From contig JASFLY010000004.1 in the NCBI GenBank assembly GCA_050117845.1, positions 134,511 to 198,510 on the forward strand: a DNA stretch of 64,000 nucleotides, written 5' to 3'. Made by a program: the position numbers and the translations under genes. Shown piece by piece: positions 27,319-36,727 of the stretch; position 1 is the first letter of the stretch; every line of letters starts with the position of its first letter. The notes under the pieces are model-generated. The model had not been told where the DNA came from, made no database searches, and saw nothing but the letters and a program-made list of their open reading frames with translations. This stretch comes from Candidatus Zixiibacteriota bacterium. GTDB lineage: Bacteria; RBG-13-66-14; B26-G2; WVWN01.

Positions 27319-29640
27319 TTAACTTATTACGATTACTATTGCTGAAAGCATCGGTAGTTTTAAAACTTCGACCGCTAACCACTGACGGTTCTTGTTTCGC
27401 CCGGCGCCCCAGACTAATATCGCCCCGAATATGGAAACCAGAAAAGCTATTATTCCTATAAGCCGGTATAAATTGGGCGATTCCAATAAAAACGGGGCGA
27501 AAAATAATGAAGACGATAGCATTAATATGAACGAAATTATAAACGCTTTTTTGGGCCCAATCCTCGCCGGGATCGTTAGGATTCGCCAATTAGTATCTCC
27601 GACTAGGTCTTTTAAGTCCATCAGTAATTCTCTTCCCAGGTTGAAAACGAAGCAAGCGACTACGACGAGCCAAAACGCATTATCGAGTTTAAAAGAAACA
27701 ATGTCGAATATAACGGGTGTAATACATAGGACGGCAGTCCATGCGTTTTTTAGCATAGGTGCTCGCATGGAGACTTTACTATAAAGTATTACCAGTATTA
27801 AAGTGGTACCCGTAATTAGTATCTGAAGCGGCGTACAACAAATAACCGCTATTAATGAACCTGCAAATAAACTAATAATACCTATCCCAAGCGCTTCTTT
27901 CGGGTTAAGCCGTCCGGAGGGAATCGCTCGGTGTGGCGCATTTATAGAATCTTTTTCTTTATCGAAGAAATCGTTAACCGCGAAACCGCCCATCGCAATT
28001 AGCGTTACCGGGAGAGATAATAGGAAGGAGTGTTGAAATCCGAAACCTTTGAATAAACCAACGAGGAATATACTGAGGAAAATTACTAAACCAGTATGAA
28101 CCCGTAAGGTTTGAATATAACCCAATATTCTCGGGAAAACCTTACTTATTATCTTAGGTTCGTTATCGCGTTTTAACTGTATGATGGATAATACCGCCTG
28201 GACTATTAGTAATAGGAAATAGCAATAACAAACTATAGCTGCTTTATTGGCGAATATTACGTTGTTCGTATTAAATGTATCATATATTAAAAGGGATATA
28301 ACTAATAAAGCGGCAGTGATAAGCGTTCCCATTTCGAAGATATATGTTTTATTTGGGAGCGCTTTTATAACGAAGGTTTTTTTCGATCCTTCTTTGCGAA
28401 ATACCCTATAAAGGAATTTCAAAATAATCGCAATCGCGATTCCCCCAATCAAGGTCGTTAAGAAGTTGGCAGTAATACTACTTAAGTTAGAAGGATAGTA
28501 GTTTATCATTAAAGGTGGGTTATAAAATGTATCGGCGTATAGGATCAATATAAAAGCGAATCCCCCGATGACTTTTGCCGTTGACCAAAATTTCCAACGT
28601 TTTTTCCATTCCTCATGGTTTCCTAAATAATACCAAAATAAAAAACTACCAAGGCTCAAACCTAGAGTGGCAAAAAGGAAAATTACCCCGAAGTCGGAAA
28701 ACACGAATACTAAGGGAAATAGGAGTACGACGACCGTAGAAGCAAACAACGTTGCTTTGAATGAGTTCTCGTGCTTATTATTAATATCTTCTTCTGTCAG
28801 TTTCGTTTTAATGTCGGCGATTATACACCTTTCCTTATGATACAATATTAATGAAGTAGCGCGCCAAAGCTCATAACCCCCTAAGTATAAACCCAGGATT
28901 ACCGATATTAATAGGGTTTTAAACGTTAAGGATAACCAATCCATTACCCAAAGATACGAAGTTACGATGAATGAGATTGCGATCGCGCATAGGAAGGCTA
29001 GAGACACTAAAGCAAATAGTTTGGTACTAGATTTACGGATAAAAAAATACGCCAAAGATAAAATTAATATTGCCGTAAGGCCTAATAGGGGATTGAAATC
29101 ATCGGCGTATAGAATATTCCCAGTAAAGAAGTTTATACAGATTAATAGTAATACGGGGAAGTATATTTCGTAACGGAATTTGAAAATCCTCTCTTCCCCT
29201 TTATTCTTATAAAGCAATATCGCGTATAATAGATTAATTACCCATACGCCGAATAAGTAAATAAGCTTTGTAATAGTACTAATATCATCTAAGCGGACCC
29301 CGGCAATTATAGCAAAATTTATTGGTAGTAATATAATAATTATGCCGGAAAACAATAAAAAATAACCTTCCATCTTCCCTTTATCTTCTTTATCATCTTC
29401 GGTCATTCCATATTTATCTTTTGAGGGGCCTTTCTCAAATATAAACGCGTATGTGACGAAGAATACAAGAGTGAAGATCGAATATACTGCTAATATCCCG
29501 ATTTCTGCTAAGCGAGGTTTATTTAGAATATCGAAGTTGCCGATTCTAAGGAATACGCCGGTCAATAAAAACACCAATGAGAAAAGCCAATATAAAGCCC
29601 CCCTATATACGTACAATTCTAGGAACCGTTTTAATTCCAT
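27319..29640 (-). CDS. AT-rich large polytopic membrane protein with a C-terminal UbiA-family prenyltransferase domain
   Basis: NDFFDKEKDSINAPHRAIPSGRL and RELLMDLKDLVGD Asp-rich motifs; about 500-aa multi-TM N-terminus; markedly AT-rich DNA. Confidence 0.8.
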   Translation of the reverse strand: MELKRFLELYVYRGALYWLFSLVFLLTGVFLRIGNFDILNKPRLAEIGILAVYSIFTLVFFVTYAFIFEKGPSKDKYGMTEDDKEDKGKMEGYFLLFSGIIIILLPINFAIIAGVRLDDISTITKLIYLFGVWVINLLYAILLYKNKGEERIFKFRYEIYFPVLLLICINFFTGNILYADDFNPLLGLTAILILSLAYFFIRKSSTKLFALVSLAFLCAIAISFIVTSYLWVMDWLSLTFKTLLISVILGLYLGGYELWRATSLILYHKERCIIADIKTKLTEEDINNKHENSFKATLFASTVVVLLFPLVFVFSDFGVIFLFATLGLSLGSFLFWYYLGNHEEWKKRWKFWSTAKVIGGFAFILILYADTFYNPPLMINYYPSNLSSITANFLTTLIGGIAIAIILKFLYRVFRKEGSKKTFVIKALPNKTYIFEMGTLITAALLVISLLIYDTFNTNNVIFANKAAIVCYCYFLLLIVQAVLSIIQLKRDNEPKIISKVFPRILGYIQTLRVHTGLVIFLSIFLVGLFKGFGFQHSFLLSLPVTLIAMGGFAVNDFFDKEKDSINAPHRAIPSGRLNPKEALGIGIISLFAGSLIAVICCTPLQILITGTTLILVILYSKVSMRAPMLKNAWTAVLCITPVIFDIVSFKLDNAFWLVVVACFVFNLGRELLMDLKDLVGDTNWRILTIPARIGPKKAFIISFILMLSSSLFFAPFLLESPNLYRLIGIIAFLVSIFGAILVWGAGRNKNRQWLAVEVLKLPMLSAIVIVIS

Positions 29641-29667
29641 AGTCCGTCCTCCCTTTACATAGCTATG

Positions 29668-31116
29668 CTATTTGATTCCTTCCTCCCGGCTCTTTGCGTA
29701 CGAGGGGACGAGGTCGCTCAGGATCTCGGTCGTGCGGGCCAGGTCCATCGCCGCCGCCGCGTCCTCCAGCGCCTCGATTTTGGGCATTACCTCGCACGCC
29801 TCCATCGGCGGCGGTATGGCGACCATTATCTCGTCGATGGGCGTTTCCTTCAGGTCCTCGTACGACGCGAAGAGCTCCTCGTTCAGCCGCTCGCCCGGTT
29901 TGATGCCCACGTAATCGATGCCGATGTCCTTCTCGGGGACGTAGCCGGACAGCCGGATGAGGTCGTACGCCAGGTCGACGATGCGCACCGGCTTGCCCAT
30001 GTCGAGGATCATTATCTCGCCGTTCTGGCCTATGGCCGACGCCTGGATGAGGAGCTGTACGGCCTCGTAGACCGTCATGAAGTAGCGGGTCATGTCGCGG
30101 TGGGTAATCGTCACCGGCCCGCCTTTGGCGATTTGCTTCTTGAACAGCGTAATGACGCTGCCGCGGGAACCCAGGACGTTGCCGAAACGGACCGTAACGA
30201 AGTTCACCGGCCCCTTGTCCCGCAGGCAATGGACGACGAGTTCGGCGACCATCTTGGAGGCGCCCATCGCGCTCACCGGGTTCACGGCCTTGTCCGTAGA
30301 GATGAGCACGAAACGGTGGGCGTTGTGCCGCAGGGCCTCCTCGGCCACGACCCGCGTCCCGGTTACGTTGTTCTTGACGGCCTCCTCGACGTTCTGCTCC
30401 ATCAACGTTATGTGCTTGTGCGCCGCGGCGTGGTAGATGATGTCGGGCTCGTATTTTTCGAACGCCGCCCGCGTCTTGGCCCGGTCGCGGATGTCGCCCA
30501 CGACCGCGACGATGGGCGTGCGGGGGAACTTCTGTTCCAGTTCGGTGGCGACGTTGAAGATGCTGTTTTCGCCGTGGCCCATGAGGAGGATGCGCGCCGG
30601 CTCGAACGACGTGAGCTGGCGGCAAAGCTCCGAGCCGATGGACCCGCCGGCCCCGGTGACGAGGATGGTCTTGCCGGAAACGCTCTCGCGGATGGATTCC
30701 AGGTCGAGTTCGATGGGGTCGCGCTTGAGGAGGTCCTCGACCTCGACCTCGCGGAGTTGGCTCAGGCGCGCGTCGCCGTGGATTATCTCGAATACGCCCG
30801 GCAGTACGCGGTAGGTCAGCGCCGCGGCCATGCAGGTCTCGGCGATACGGCGGACGGCGTCGCCCGAGGCCGAAGGCAACGCGATGAGTACCTCGTCGGC
30901 CCCCAGCCGTTCGGCGGCGGTCGCCACTTCGGCCGTAACTCCCACCACCGGGATGCCGGCGACCTCGCGGCCTGTCTTGCCGCGGTCGTCGTCGAGGAAC
31001 GCGACCGTTATAAGGCCCAGGCGCGGGTGTTTGGCGATTTCGCGGGCGATCATCTCGCCCGCTTCGCCGGCGCCGCAAATGATTACTTTTTTATGACTCG
31101 CGGATGGAGAATCCAT
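29668..31116 (-). CDS. CapD/PglF-type nucleotide-sugar 4,6-dehydratase (polysaccharide biosynthesis protein), no N-terminal TM domain
   Basis: GAGEAG, TGAGGSIGSEL, HAAAHKH, ISTDKAVNP, MGASK, VRFGNVLGSRGSV, MTRYFMT. Confidence 0.92.
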   Translation of the reverse strand: MDSPSASHKKVIICGAGEAGEMIAREIAKHPRLGLITVAFLDDDRGKTGREVAGIPVVGVTAEVATAAERLGADEVLIALPSASGDAVRRIAETCMAAALTYRVLPGVFEIIHGDARLSQLREVEVEDLLKRDPIELDLESIRESVSGKTILVTGAGGSIGSELCRQLTSFEPARILLMGHGENSIFNVATELEQKFPRTPIVAVVGDIRDRAKTRAAFEKYEPDIIYHAAAHKHITLMEQNVEEAVKNNVTGTRVVAEEALRHNAHRFVLISTDKAVNPVSAMGASKMVAELVVHCLRDKGPVNFVTVRFGNVLGSRGSVITLFKKQIAKGGPVTITHRDMTRYFMTVYEAVQLLIQASAIGQNGEIMILDMGKPVRIVDLAYDLIRLSGYVPEKDIGIDYVGIKPGERLNEELFASYEDLKETPIDEIMVAIPPPMEACEVMPKIEALEDAAAAMDLARTTEILSDLVPSYAKSREEGIK

Positions 31117-31141
31117 AGGCGTGAGTTTGGGGTGCTGGTCC

Positions 31142-31975
31142 TCAGGGCGTTTCGGCCGCGGCCGTGTAATCGTCGCCGATAACGATTTTAACGTCGTAAC
31201 CGGCCGGTTCGACGCGGTCCTTGTCGAGGCCGAAGAGGGTGGCCGCCCGCAGGCCGGCGTCGCGGCGTTCCTCGGCGGCCTCTATTACCGTTTCCCTATA
31301 ATCGAAGTTGGCGGCGTTGCCCACGGCGACGACGGTGTAGCCGTTGGCTTCCAGCCTCTCCTTGATTTTACCTGCCGCGCCCTCGATGCCGCAGCCGTTT
31401 AGCACTTCGACGTGGGTGCCCTCCGGCGCCGGGACGTTTTTGGCCAGCGCTTCCAGGATGAGTTTCGATACGTCCTGGCCGCAGATTATCGTTACGTCGA
31501 CGCGCTCGAGCGGCATGTCGGCGGCCAGCGCCGCGGCCATTTCCTCCGCCCAGGTGTCGAAGCCGTCCCGATAGTAAACCGACGACGTTTCGCTGTAAGA
31601 TATCTTGGGTCGGTACGGCTCGAAGCGGACGGCGTCGCCGCACTGGACGTTGAAGTCCTCCAGCGCTGCGAGCGCGTTCCCGAACCGCTGGGGCACCGTC
31701 GTGTTGTTTACTATAAGGGCGAGGACCTGTTCCGTCGTCGGCGTCACGACCTCGGCCGTGGGCGGCGGTTCGGCCGTCGCCGGGGTCTCGGCCGTCGGGG
31801 GAGGCGTTACCGGTTCGGTCCCGTTGCCGCGCCCTTTTTTATACTTGAACGCGATAATGACGACCGTTACGATCACCCCGGCCGCGACGACGCCCAGGAT
31901 AATCCGCCACTTGCGGCCCCGGCGCCGCTGCGCCACCCGAACCAGTCGCCCCGAAGATACTCGTTTCTCGGCCAT
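31142..31975 (-). CDS. Membrane-anchored protein with LytR C-terminal domain(s)
   Basis: Basic N-terminus + TM + Pro/Thr linker; VEVLNGCGIEGAA...VGNA..FDY..TVI...DVKIVIGDD, preceded by a weaker copy. Confidence 0.8.
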   Translation of the reverse strand: MAEKRVSSGRLVRVAQRRRGRKWRIILGVVAAGVIVTVVIIAFKYKKGRGNGTEPVTPPPTAETPATAEPPPTAEVVTPTTEQVLALIVNNTTVPQRFGNALAALEDFNVQCGDAVRFEPYRPKISYSETSSVYYRDGFDTWAEEMAAALAADMPLERVDVTIICGQDVSKLILEALAKNVPAPEGTHVEVLNGCGIEGAAGKIKERLEANGYTVVAVGNAANFDYRETVIEAAEERRDAGLRAATLFGLDKDRVEPAGYDVKIVIGDDYTAAAETP

Positions 31976-32051
31976 AATCTCGGCGTACCCCGCCGGCCCT
32001 CCCGTTTATTCTTATCTTATAACATACCTGGGCCGCCCCGGCAACCGGCCC

Positions 32052-32813
32052 TTACGGTCCGTCGTCGCCCCGGGCCAAATATTCCTCCACCACCGCCGCC
32101 AGGTCCTCGGGCGTGTCGACGCCGTGGGATGCGAAGTCTCCGGTGACGACGCGGATCTTGAAGCCGTGCACCAGCGCCCGGAGCATCTCCAGGCCCTCCA
32201 CCGCCTCGAGGGGAGTCGGCTCGAGCGTCGTGAATTGCAGGAGGAAATCGCGCCGGTAGGCGTAGACGCCCACGTGTTTGAGGTAGGGGATTTTAACCTG
32301 CGGCCGGAGGCGGAACGGAATCATCGCCCGGGTGAAGTAGAGCGCGTCGCCGTTGCGGTCCACGGTTACCTTGCAGAAGTTGGAAGGCGCGAGTTCGGCC
32401 GCCTGGCTCGCCGGAACGGGGCGGGCCAACGTCGTCATCAGAATCCCCTCGTCCTCGTCGAACGGGCCGGCGACGGCGTTCACCGCCGACGGTTCGATGA
32501 GCGGCTCGTCGCCCTGGATGTTGACGTAGACGTCGGCGTCGGTCTGGGCGGCCACCTCGGCCGCGCGGTCGGTGCCGCTCGGGTGCTCGGCCGCGGTCAT
32601 TATAACCTTGTCCGTGAACGAGGCCGCGACGTCGAAGATGCGCCGGTCGTCGGTCGCAACGTAGAGTTCGTCCAGCCGCCGGGCCCGGGCGCAGCGCTCG
32701 TAGACGCGCTGGATCATCGGCTTCCCGGCCACGTCCGCGAGGGCCTTGCCGGGGAAGCGGCTCGAGGCGTAGCGCGCCGGAATCACGCCCGCGACTTTCA
32801 GGCGCTTACCCAT
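32052..32813 (-). CDS. kdsB: 3-deoxy-manno-octulosonate cytidylyltransferase
   Basis: [44 protein letters not shown]. Confidence 0.96.
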   Translation of the reverse strand: MGKRLKVAGVIPARYASSRFPGKALADVAGKPMIQRVYERCARARRLDELYVATDDRRIFDVAASFTDKVIMTAAEHPSGTDRAAEVAAQTDADVYVNIQGDEPLIEPSAVNAVAGPFDEDEGILMTTLARPVPASQAAELAPSNFCKVTVDRNGDALYFTRAMIPFRLRPQVKIPYLKHVGVYAYRRDFLLQFTTLEPTPLEAVEGLEMLRALVHGFKIRVVTGDFASHGVDTPEDLAAVVEEYLARGDDGP

Positions 32814-33321
32814 CGTCGTCCTCCCGCGCCGCGGCCGCGATGCGCTCCACGAGCGACGTGGTGGAGTAGCCCTCCACGAACGGCAGCGAGTGAACCTCGC
32901 CCCCGGCCGCGGTCACGACGTCCGCCCCGACTATTTGGTCCGTGGCCCAGTCGCCGCCCTTCACCAGGACGTCGGGCACGAGGGCCGCTATCAGCTCGGC
33001 CGGCGTGTCCTCGTCGAAGACCGTCACGTAGCTGACGCACCACAGGCCGGCCAGCACGGCGGCCCGATCGGCCGCCGGATTGAAGGGGCGGCCGGCGCCC
33101 TTGGAAAGCCGCCGCGCCGAGTCGTCCGAGTTCACCGCCACCACCAGCGCGTCGCCCAGCCGACTCGCCTCCTCGAGATACTTGACGTGGCCCACGTGCA
33201 GGATGTCGAAGACGCCGTTGGTGAAGACGACGCTCAGGCCCGAGCCCTGGAGGGTTCGGACGCGCTCGCGGAGTTCCGCGGGTTCGAGTACCTTGTTGTC
33301 CAACTTTTCGCCGTTTTCCAT
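32806..33321 (-). CDS. rfaE2: D-glycero-beta-D-manno-heptose 1-phosphate adenylyltransferase
   Basis: [37 protein letters not shown]. Confidence 0.92.
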   Translation of the reverse strand: MENGEKLDNKVLEPAELRERVRTLQGSGLSVVFTNGVFDILHVGHVKYLEEASRLGDALVVAVNSDDSARRLSKGAGRPFNPAADRAAVLAGLWCVSYVTVFDEDTPAELIAALVPDVLVKGGDWATDQIVGADVVTAAGGEVHSLPFVEGYSTTSLVERIAAAAREDDDG

Positions 33322-33351
33322 AATCCCTTTAAACCGGCGCCGGCGTACGCG

Positions 33352-34587
33352 TTACCGGCCCCAGATGAAGCGCGAGACTCGACGCCTCGCCGGCTCGAAG
33401 AGCCAACCCAACAGAGAAGTGCCCCGAGGCCGTCGCGCGAACGACGCCTTGAGAAGCGGCGGTGCCAAGAACGTCGTCCCGGCCATGACTATAACCACCG
33501 CGGCGAAGAGGTCCCCCGAAACGATTCCGGCCCGGCGGCCCACCTCCGCGAAGATAAGGCCAACCTCGCCGCGCGGCGCCATGCCGATGCCGACCGCGGT
33601 GGACTTCACCCGCCGGTCGAAAACCGCGAAGCCCGAGAGAAGCTTGCCCACCATCGCGATGACGAAGAGCGATCCGCCGACGACGAGTATGGCGTGGTTG
33701 GTGCTGTCGAACGGATTGAAGTAACTGAGGTCGACGTCCGCGCCGATTTTTACGAAGAAAATGGGCGTGAAGATATACGCGACCGGCTTGAGCTCCTTGG
33801 CTATTACCTCGAACTTGTGAGTCCTGCCCAGCGCGAGGCCCGCGGCGAAGGAGCCCACGATGGCGGCGGAGCCGACGAGCTCGGCGCAGAGCGCCCATAA
33901 AAACGCGAACGCGATGGAGGCGACGATGAGCGTGCCGCTCGTGCGCATCCGGTCGATAAGGCGAACCAGCCGCGGCGCGAAGAGGTTCCCGATTACCAGC
34001 GCCGCGACGAAGAAGCCGATCGCTATCGCCGTTATCGTAATTATCTTAACCGCGCTGACTTCGCCCTTCAGGCCCAGGTCGCGCACGACGGCGAGGATGA
34101 TAAGGCCGATGATGTCGTCGGCCACCGCGGCGCCCAGTATTATCTTCGCCTCTTTGGTTTTAAGTTTCCCCAGGTCGGAGAGGACCCGCACCGTGATGCC
34201 GACGCTGGTCGCCGTCAGCGCCGCCCCCAGGAAAATGGCCACCAGGCTGGTATAACCGAAGGCGTACGCGAAAACGAAGCCGCCGGCGAACGGCAGGACG
34301 ACGCCGATAACGGCGACCCCCAGCGACCGCCATCCCACCTCCAGCAATTCCCGAATATCCGTCGCCAGGCCGGTTTCGAACAGGAGTATGATGACGCCGA
34401 TGTCGGCCAGGAGGACGAAGGCGTTGGCGTGCGGGTCGACCAGCTTGAGGCCCCCCACGCCCAGTATCACGCCCGCGACGAGTTCGCCCAACACCGTAGG
34501 TTGGCCGACGCGGTTCGCCAGCTCGCCCATCAGCTTGGCGCCGACGAAGATAAGGATCAACGTTATTAGTAAATGCGTTAGGTCCAT
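33352..34587 (-). CDS. Cation:proton antiporter (CPA2, Kef/NapA-like)
   Basis: GQPTVLGELVAG, ATSVGIT, AAVADDI, PIFFVKIG, GMAPRGEV. Confidence 0.92.
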   Translation of the reverse strand: MDLTHLLITLILIFVGAKLMGELANRVGQPTVLGELVAGVILGVGGLKLVDPHANAFVLLADIGVIILLFETGLATDIRELLEVGWRSLGVAVIGVVLPFAGGFVFAYAFGYTSLVAIFLGAALTATSVGITVRVLSDLGKLKTKEAKIILGAAVADDIIGLIILAVVRDLGLKGEVSAVKIITITAIAIGFFVAALVIGNLFAPRLVRLIDRMRTSGTLIVASIAFAFLWALCAELVGSAAIVGSFAAGLALGRTHKFEVIAKELKPVAYIFTPIFFVKIGADVDLSYFNPFDSTNHAILVVGGSLFVIAMVGKLLSGFAVFDRRVKSTAVGIGMAPRGEVGLIFAEVGRRAGIVSGDLFAAVVIVMAGTTFLAPPLLKASFARRPRGTSLLGWLFEPARRRVSRFIWGR

Positions 34588-34689
34588 GATTAACGATAAA
34601 AGATGGGCCGTATATTAATATAAAGGAATAGCATATGGCAAAAGTATTTTTATCCATCGGGGACGGTTGACGGCCGTGTCAAATATCTC

Positions 34690-34718
34690 TTGACAAATTC
34701 GTCACCCCTTATTAATAT
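34690..34718 (+). promoter_or_regulatory. Putative sigma70 promoter for the GT-C pair
   Basis: TTGACA-N17-TAATAT. Confidence 0.6.
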
Positions 34719-34762
34719 TCTCTCGACGTTCTGTCGCTAATATATTGCATTGGGGAGGGGCA

Positions 34763-36700
34763 ATGGTACGCTTCTCGGTTCTCCGTCCATTCATCGTCCC
34801 GGGCGCGCTGTTCGCCGGCGCCCTTGCGGTTCGCCTCGTCGGCGTCGACTTCGGCCTGCCGCACATGTACCACTGGGACGAACATTACCTCGCCGCGCCG
34901 ATTCAGCGTTTCCTCATCAGCGGCGACCTCTTGCCCCGCATGTACTACTACCCCTCGGCGTACATTTACCTTCAGTTCCTCTTCACGCCTCTCAGCTACC
35001 TTTTATTCGTTCTGAAGCACGGCCCCGCGACCCCGGCCGCGATGGGTATGGCCGACTATTTATTGGTAGGCCGTTCCGTGACGGCCGTCGTCGGCGCGGC
35101 CGCGGCGGTACTCGTCTACTACTTCGCCGTGAGAATATGGCGGGATAGGTTGGCGGGCGTCATCGCCGCGGTTATACTCGCGTTGTCGCCGCTTCAAGCG
35201 ATGGATTCTCGCTTCCTTACCACCGATATCGCTATGGCGACGACGGCGTTTCTCGGCTTCTTCCTGCTGTCAATTTATCTGGAGAACCGTACCTGGAGGG
35301 CGCTCGTCCTGGCCGGCGCGGCGTTGGGGTTGGCCGTGGCGTCGAAGTACAACGCGGCCTTTTTCGTCGTCGCCGCGGCGGCCATCGTGGCCGTGCGGGA
35401 CCGGTCTTGGCGCCGCCCCGCGGCACTCGTGGCCGCCGCCTCGCTGACCTTCCTGGTCCTGACGCCCGGCCTCTATCTCGATACCCACGGGTTTCTCCGA
35501 GATACCGTTTACGTCTCGGGCCATTACTACGTACGGGGGAACACCGGCGAACGGGCCGTCTTCGTTTTTTGGCCTTACATAAACCAGTTGTGGCTGCGCA
35601 CGGCCACGCCCGGGCCCTTGTTGTGCGCCGCGGCCGGGTTGATTCTTCTGGTATACCGGAACCGGTGGCGAGCCGCGGCCTTCGTACTTTTCCCGGCGGC
35701 GTACGTGCTTTTCCTCGCCGGTGTCAAAGTGTATTTCAACCGCGGCCTCGAGCCCATATTGCCGTATATATGTCTGGCGGCGGGCCTGGCGGCGGCGGCC
35801 CTCGTGCGATTATTGCGAAGGGGATTCAAGCCGGCCGTAGCGGGCGCTACGGCCGCGGCGTTCCTCGCTCTCTTATTTATACGGCCTGCGGTCGTAACGA
35901 CCCGCGAGGCCGGGATGCTGGCCGGGGGAGACCGTCGCACGGAGGCCAAGGAGTGGTTCGAGGCCCGGGTGCCGTGGCCGACGCGGGTTGCGAAGGAGGC
36001 GTTCAACGAGGCGCCGCAGGCCGAGGGGGGTCAAATAGAAACGCCGCCCCTCGACCCGTGTAAATACGAGGTCAGCGCGAGCGCTTTCCTCGTGGACCGG
36101 CCTGTCGACGATTTCGCCCGGGCCGGCATTGTTTACCTGCTTACGCCGAACCTGGAGGGGAATCTCGAGCTTTATTCCCGTGTCCTCCCCGCACGGGCGG
36201 GGGAGGGACGCGGGAATTACGATTCGGTATTGGAGGGTACGGAACGCGTTCTTTACCTGCCTGTCCCGCCGCACGACTTCCGGCCGGCGGTGGAGATATA
36301 CCGCCTGCGTGACGACGTACTGCGGCGGAACAACCCGCCCTGCCGGGGAATCGTCTTCCGAGAAAAGTGGGTCCGGTCGGAGGCGGACCCGTCGCGGAGG
36401 ATGGACCGCGTGGAGGGGCGCTTCGCTTTGGAGGCGCCCGCCCGGGCCGGGGCGTGTTTCACGGCTCCTGCGGAGCGTTTCCGCGTCGTGGCCTTCGCCG
36501 AGGTCCTGGCCGGCGACCCCAGGATAGTGCTGGAGCTCGACGGTGTGGAGGTGGCGGCGAGGGACCTGTCGGTCGGGGGCCCGGTGGAAACGCCGCCGCT
36601 CGCGGCGCCGCCGTATTACCGGCACCTGGCGGTGCGTTGTATCGGGCCGGCGGGCTCGCGGGCCCGACTCAAGAGCGTAATAGTCGATGCGGCGCCCTGA
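34763..36700 (+). CDS. ArnT/PMT-like GT-C membrane glycosyltransferase (copy 1)
   Basis: Start at ATG 34763 (ggagggg RBS); GLPHMYHWDE acidic loop, YYYPS, SRFLTTD, GLAVASKYN; many TMs plus a soluble C-terminus. Confidence 0.85.
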   Translation: MVRFSVLRPFIVPGALFAGALAVRLVGVDFGLPHMYHWDEHYLAAPIQRFLISGDLLPRMYYYPSAYIYLQFLFTPLSYLLFVLKHGPATPAAMGMADYLLVGRSVTAVVGAAAAVLVYYFAVRIWRDRLAGVIAAVILALSPLQAMDSRFLTTDIAMATTAFLGFFLLSIYLENRTWRALVLAGAALGLAVASKYNAAFFVVAAAAIVAVRDRSWRRPAALVAAASLTFLVLTPGLYLDTHGFLRDTVYVSGHYYVRGNTGERAVFVFWPYINQLWLRTATPGPLLCAAAGLILLVYRNRWRAAAFVLFPAAYVLFLAGVKVYFNRGLEPILPYICLAAGLAAAALVRLLRRGFKPAVAGATAAAFLALLFIRPAVVTTREAGMLAGGDRRTEAKEWFEARVPWPTRVAKEAFNEAPQAEGGQIETPPLDPCKYEVSASAFLVDRPVDDFARAGIVYLLTPNLEGNLELYSRVLPARAGEGRGNYDSVLEGTERVLYLPVPPHDFRPAVEIYRLRDDVLRRNNPPCRGIVFREKWVRSEADPSRRMDRVEGRFALEAPARAGACFTAPAERFRVVAFAEVLAGDPRIVLELDGVEVAARDLSVGGPVETPPLAAPPYYRHLAVRCIGPAGSRARLKSVIVDAAP

Positions 36701-36727
36701 CGGGGGCGGCGGGTTAGGTGAGAATCG

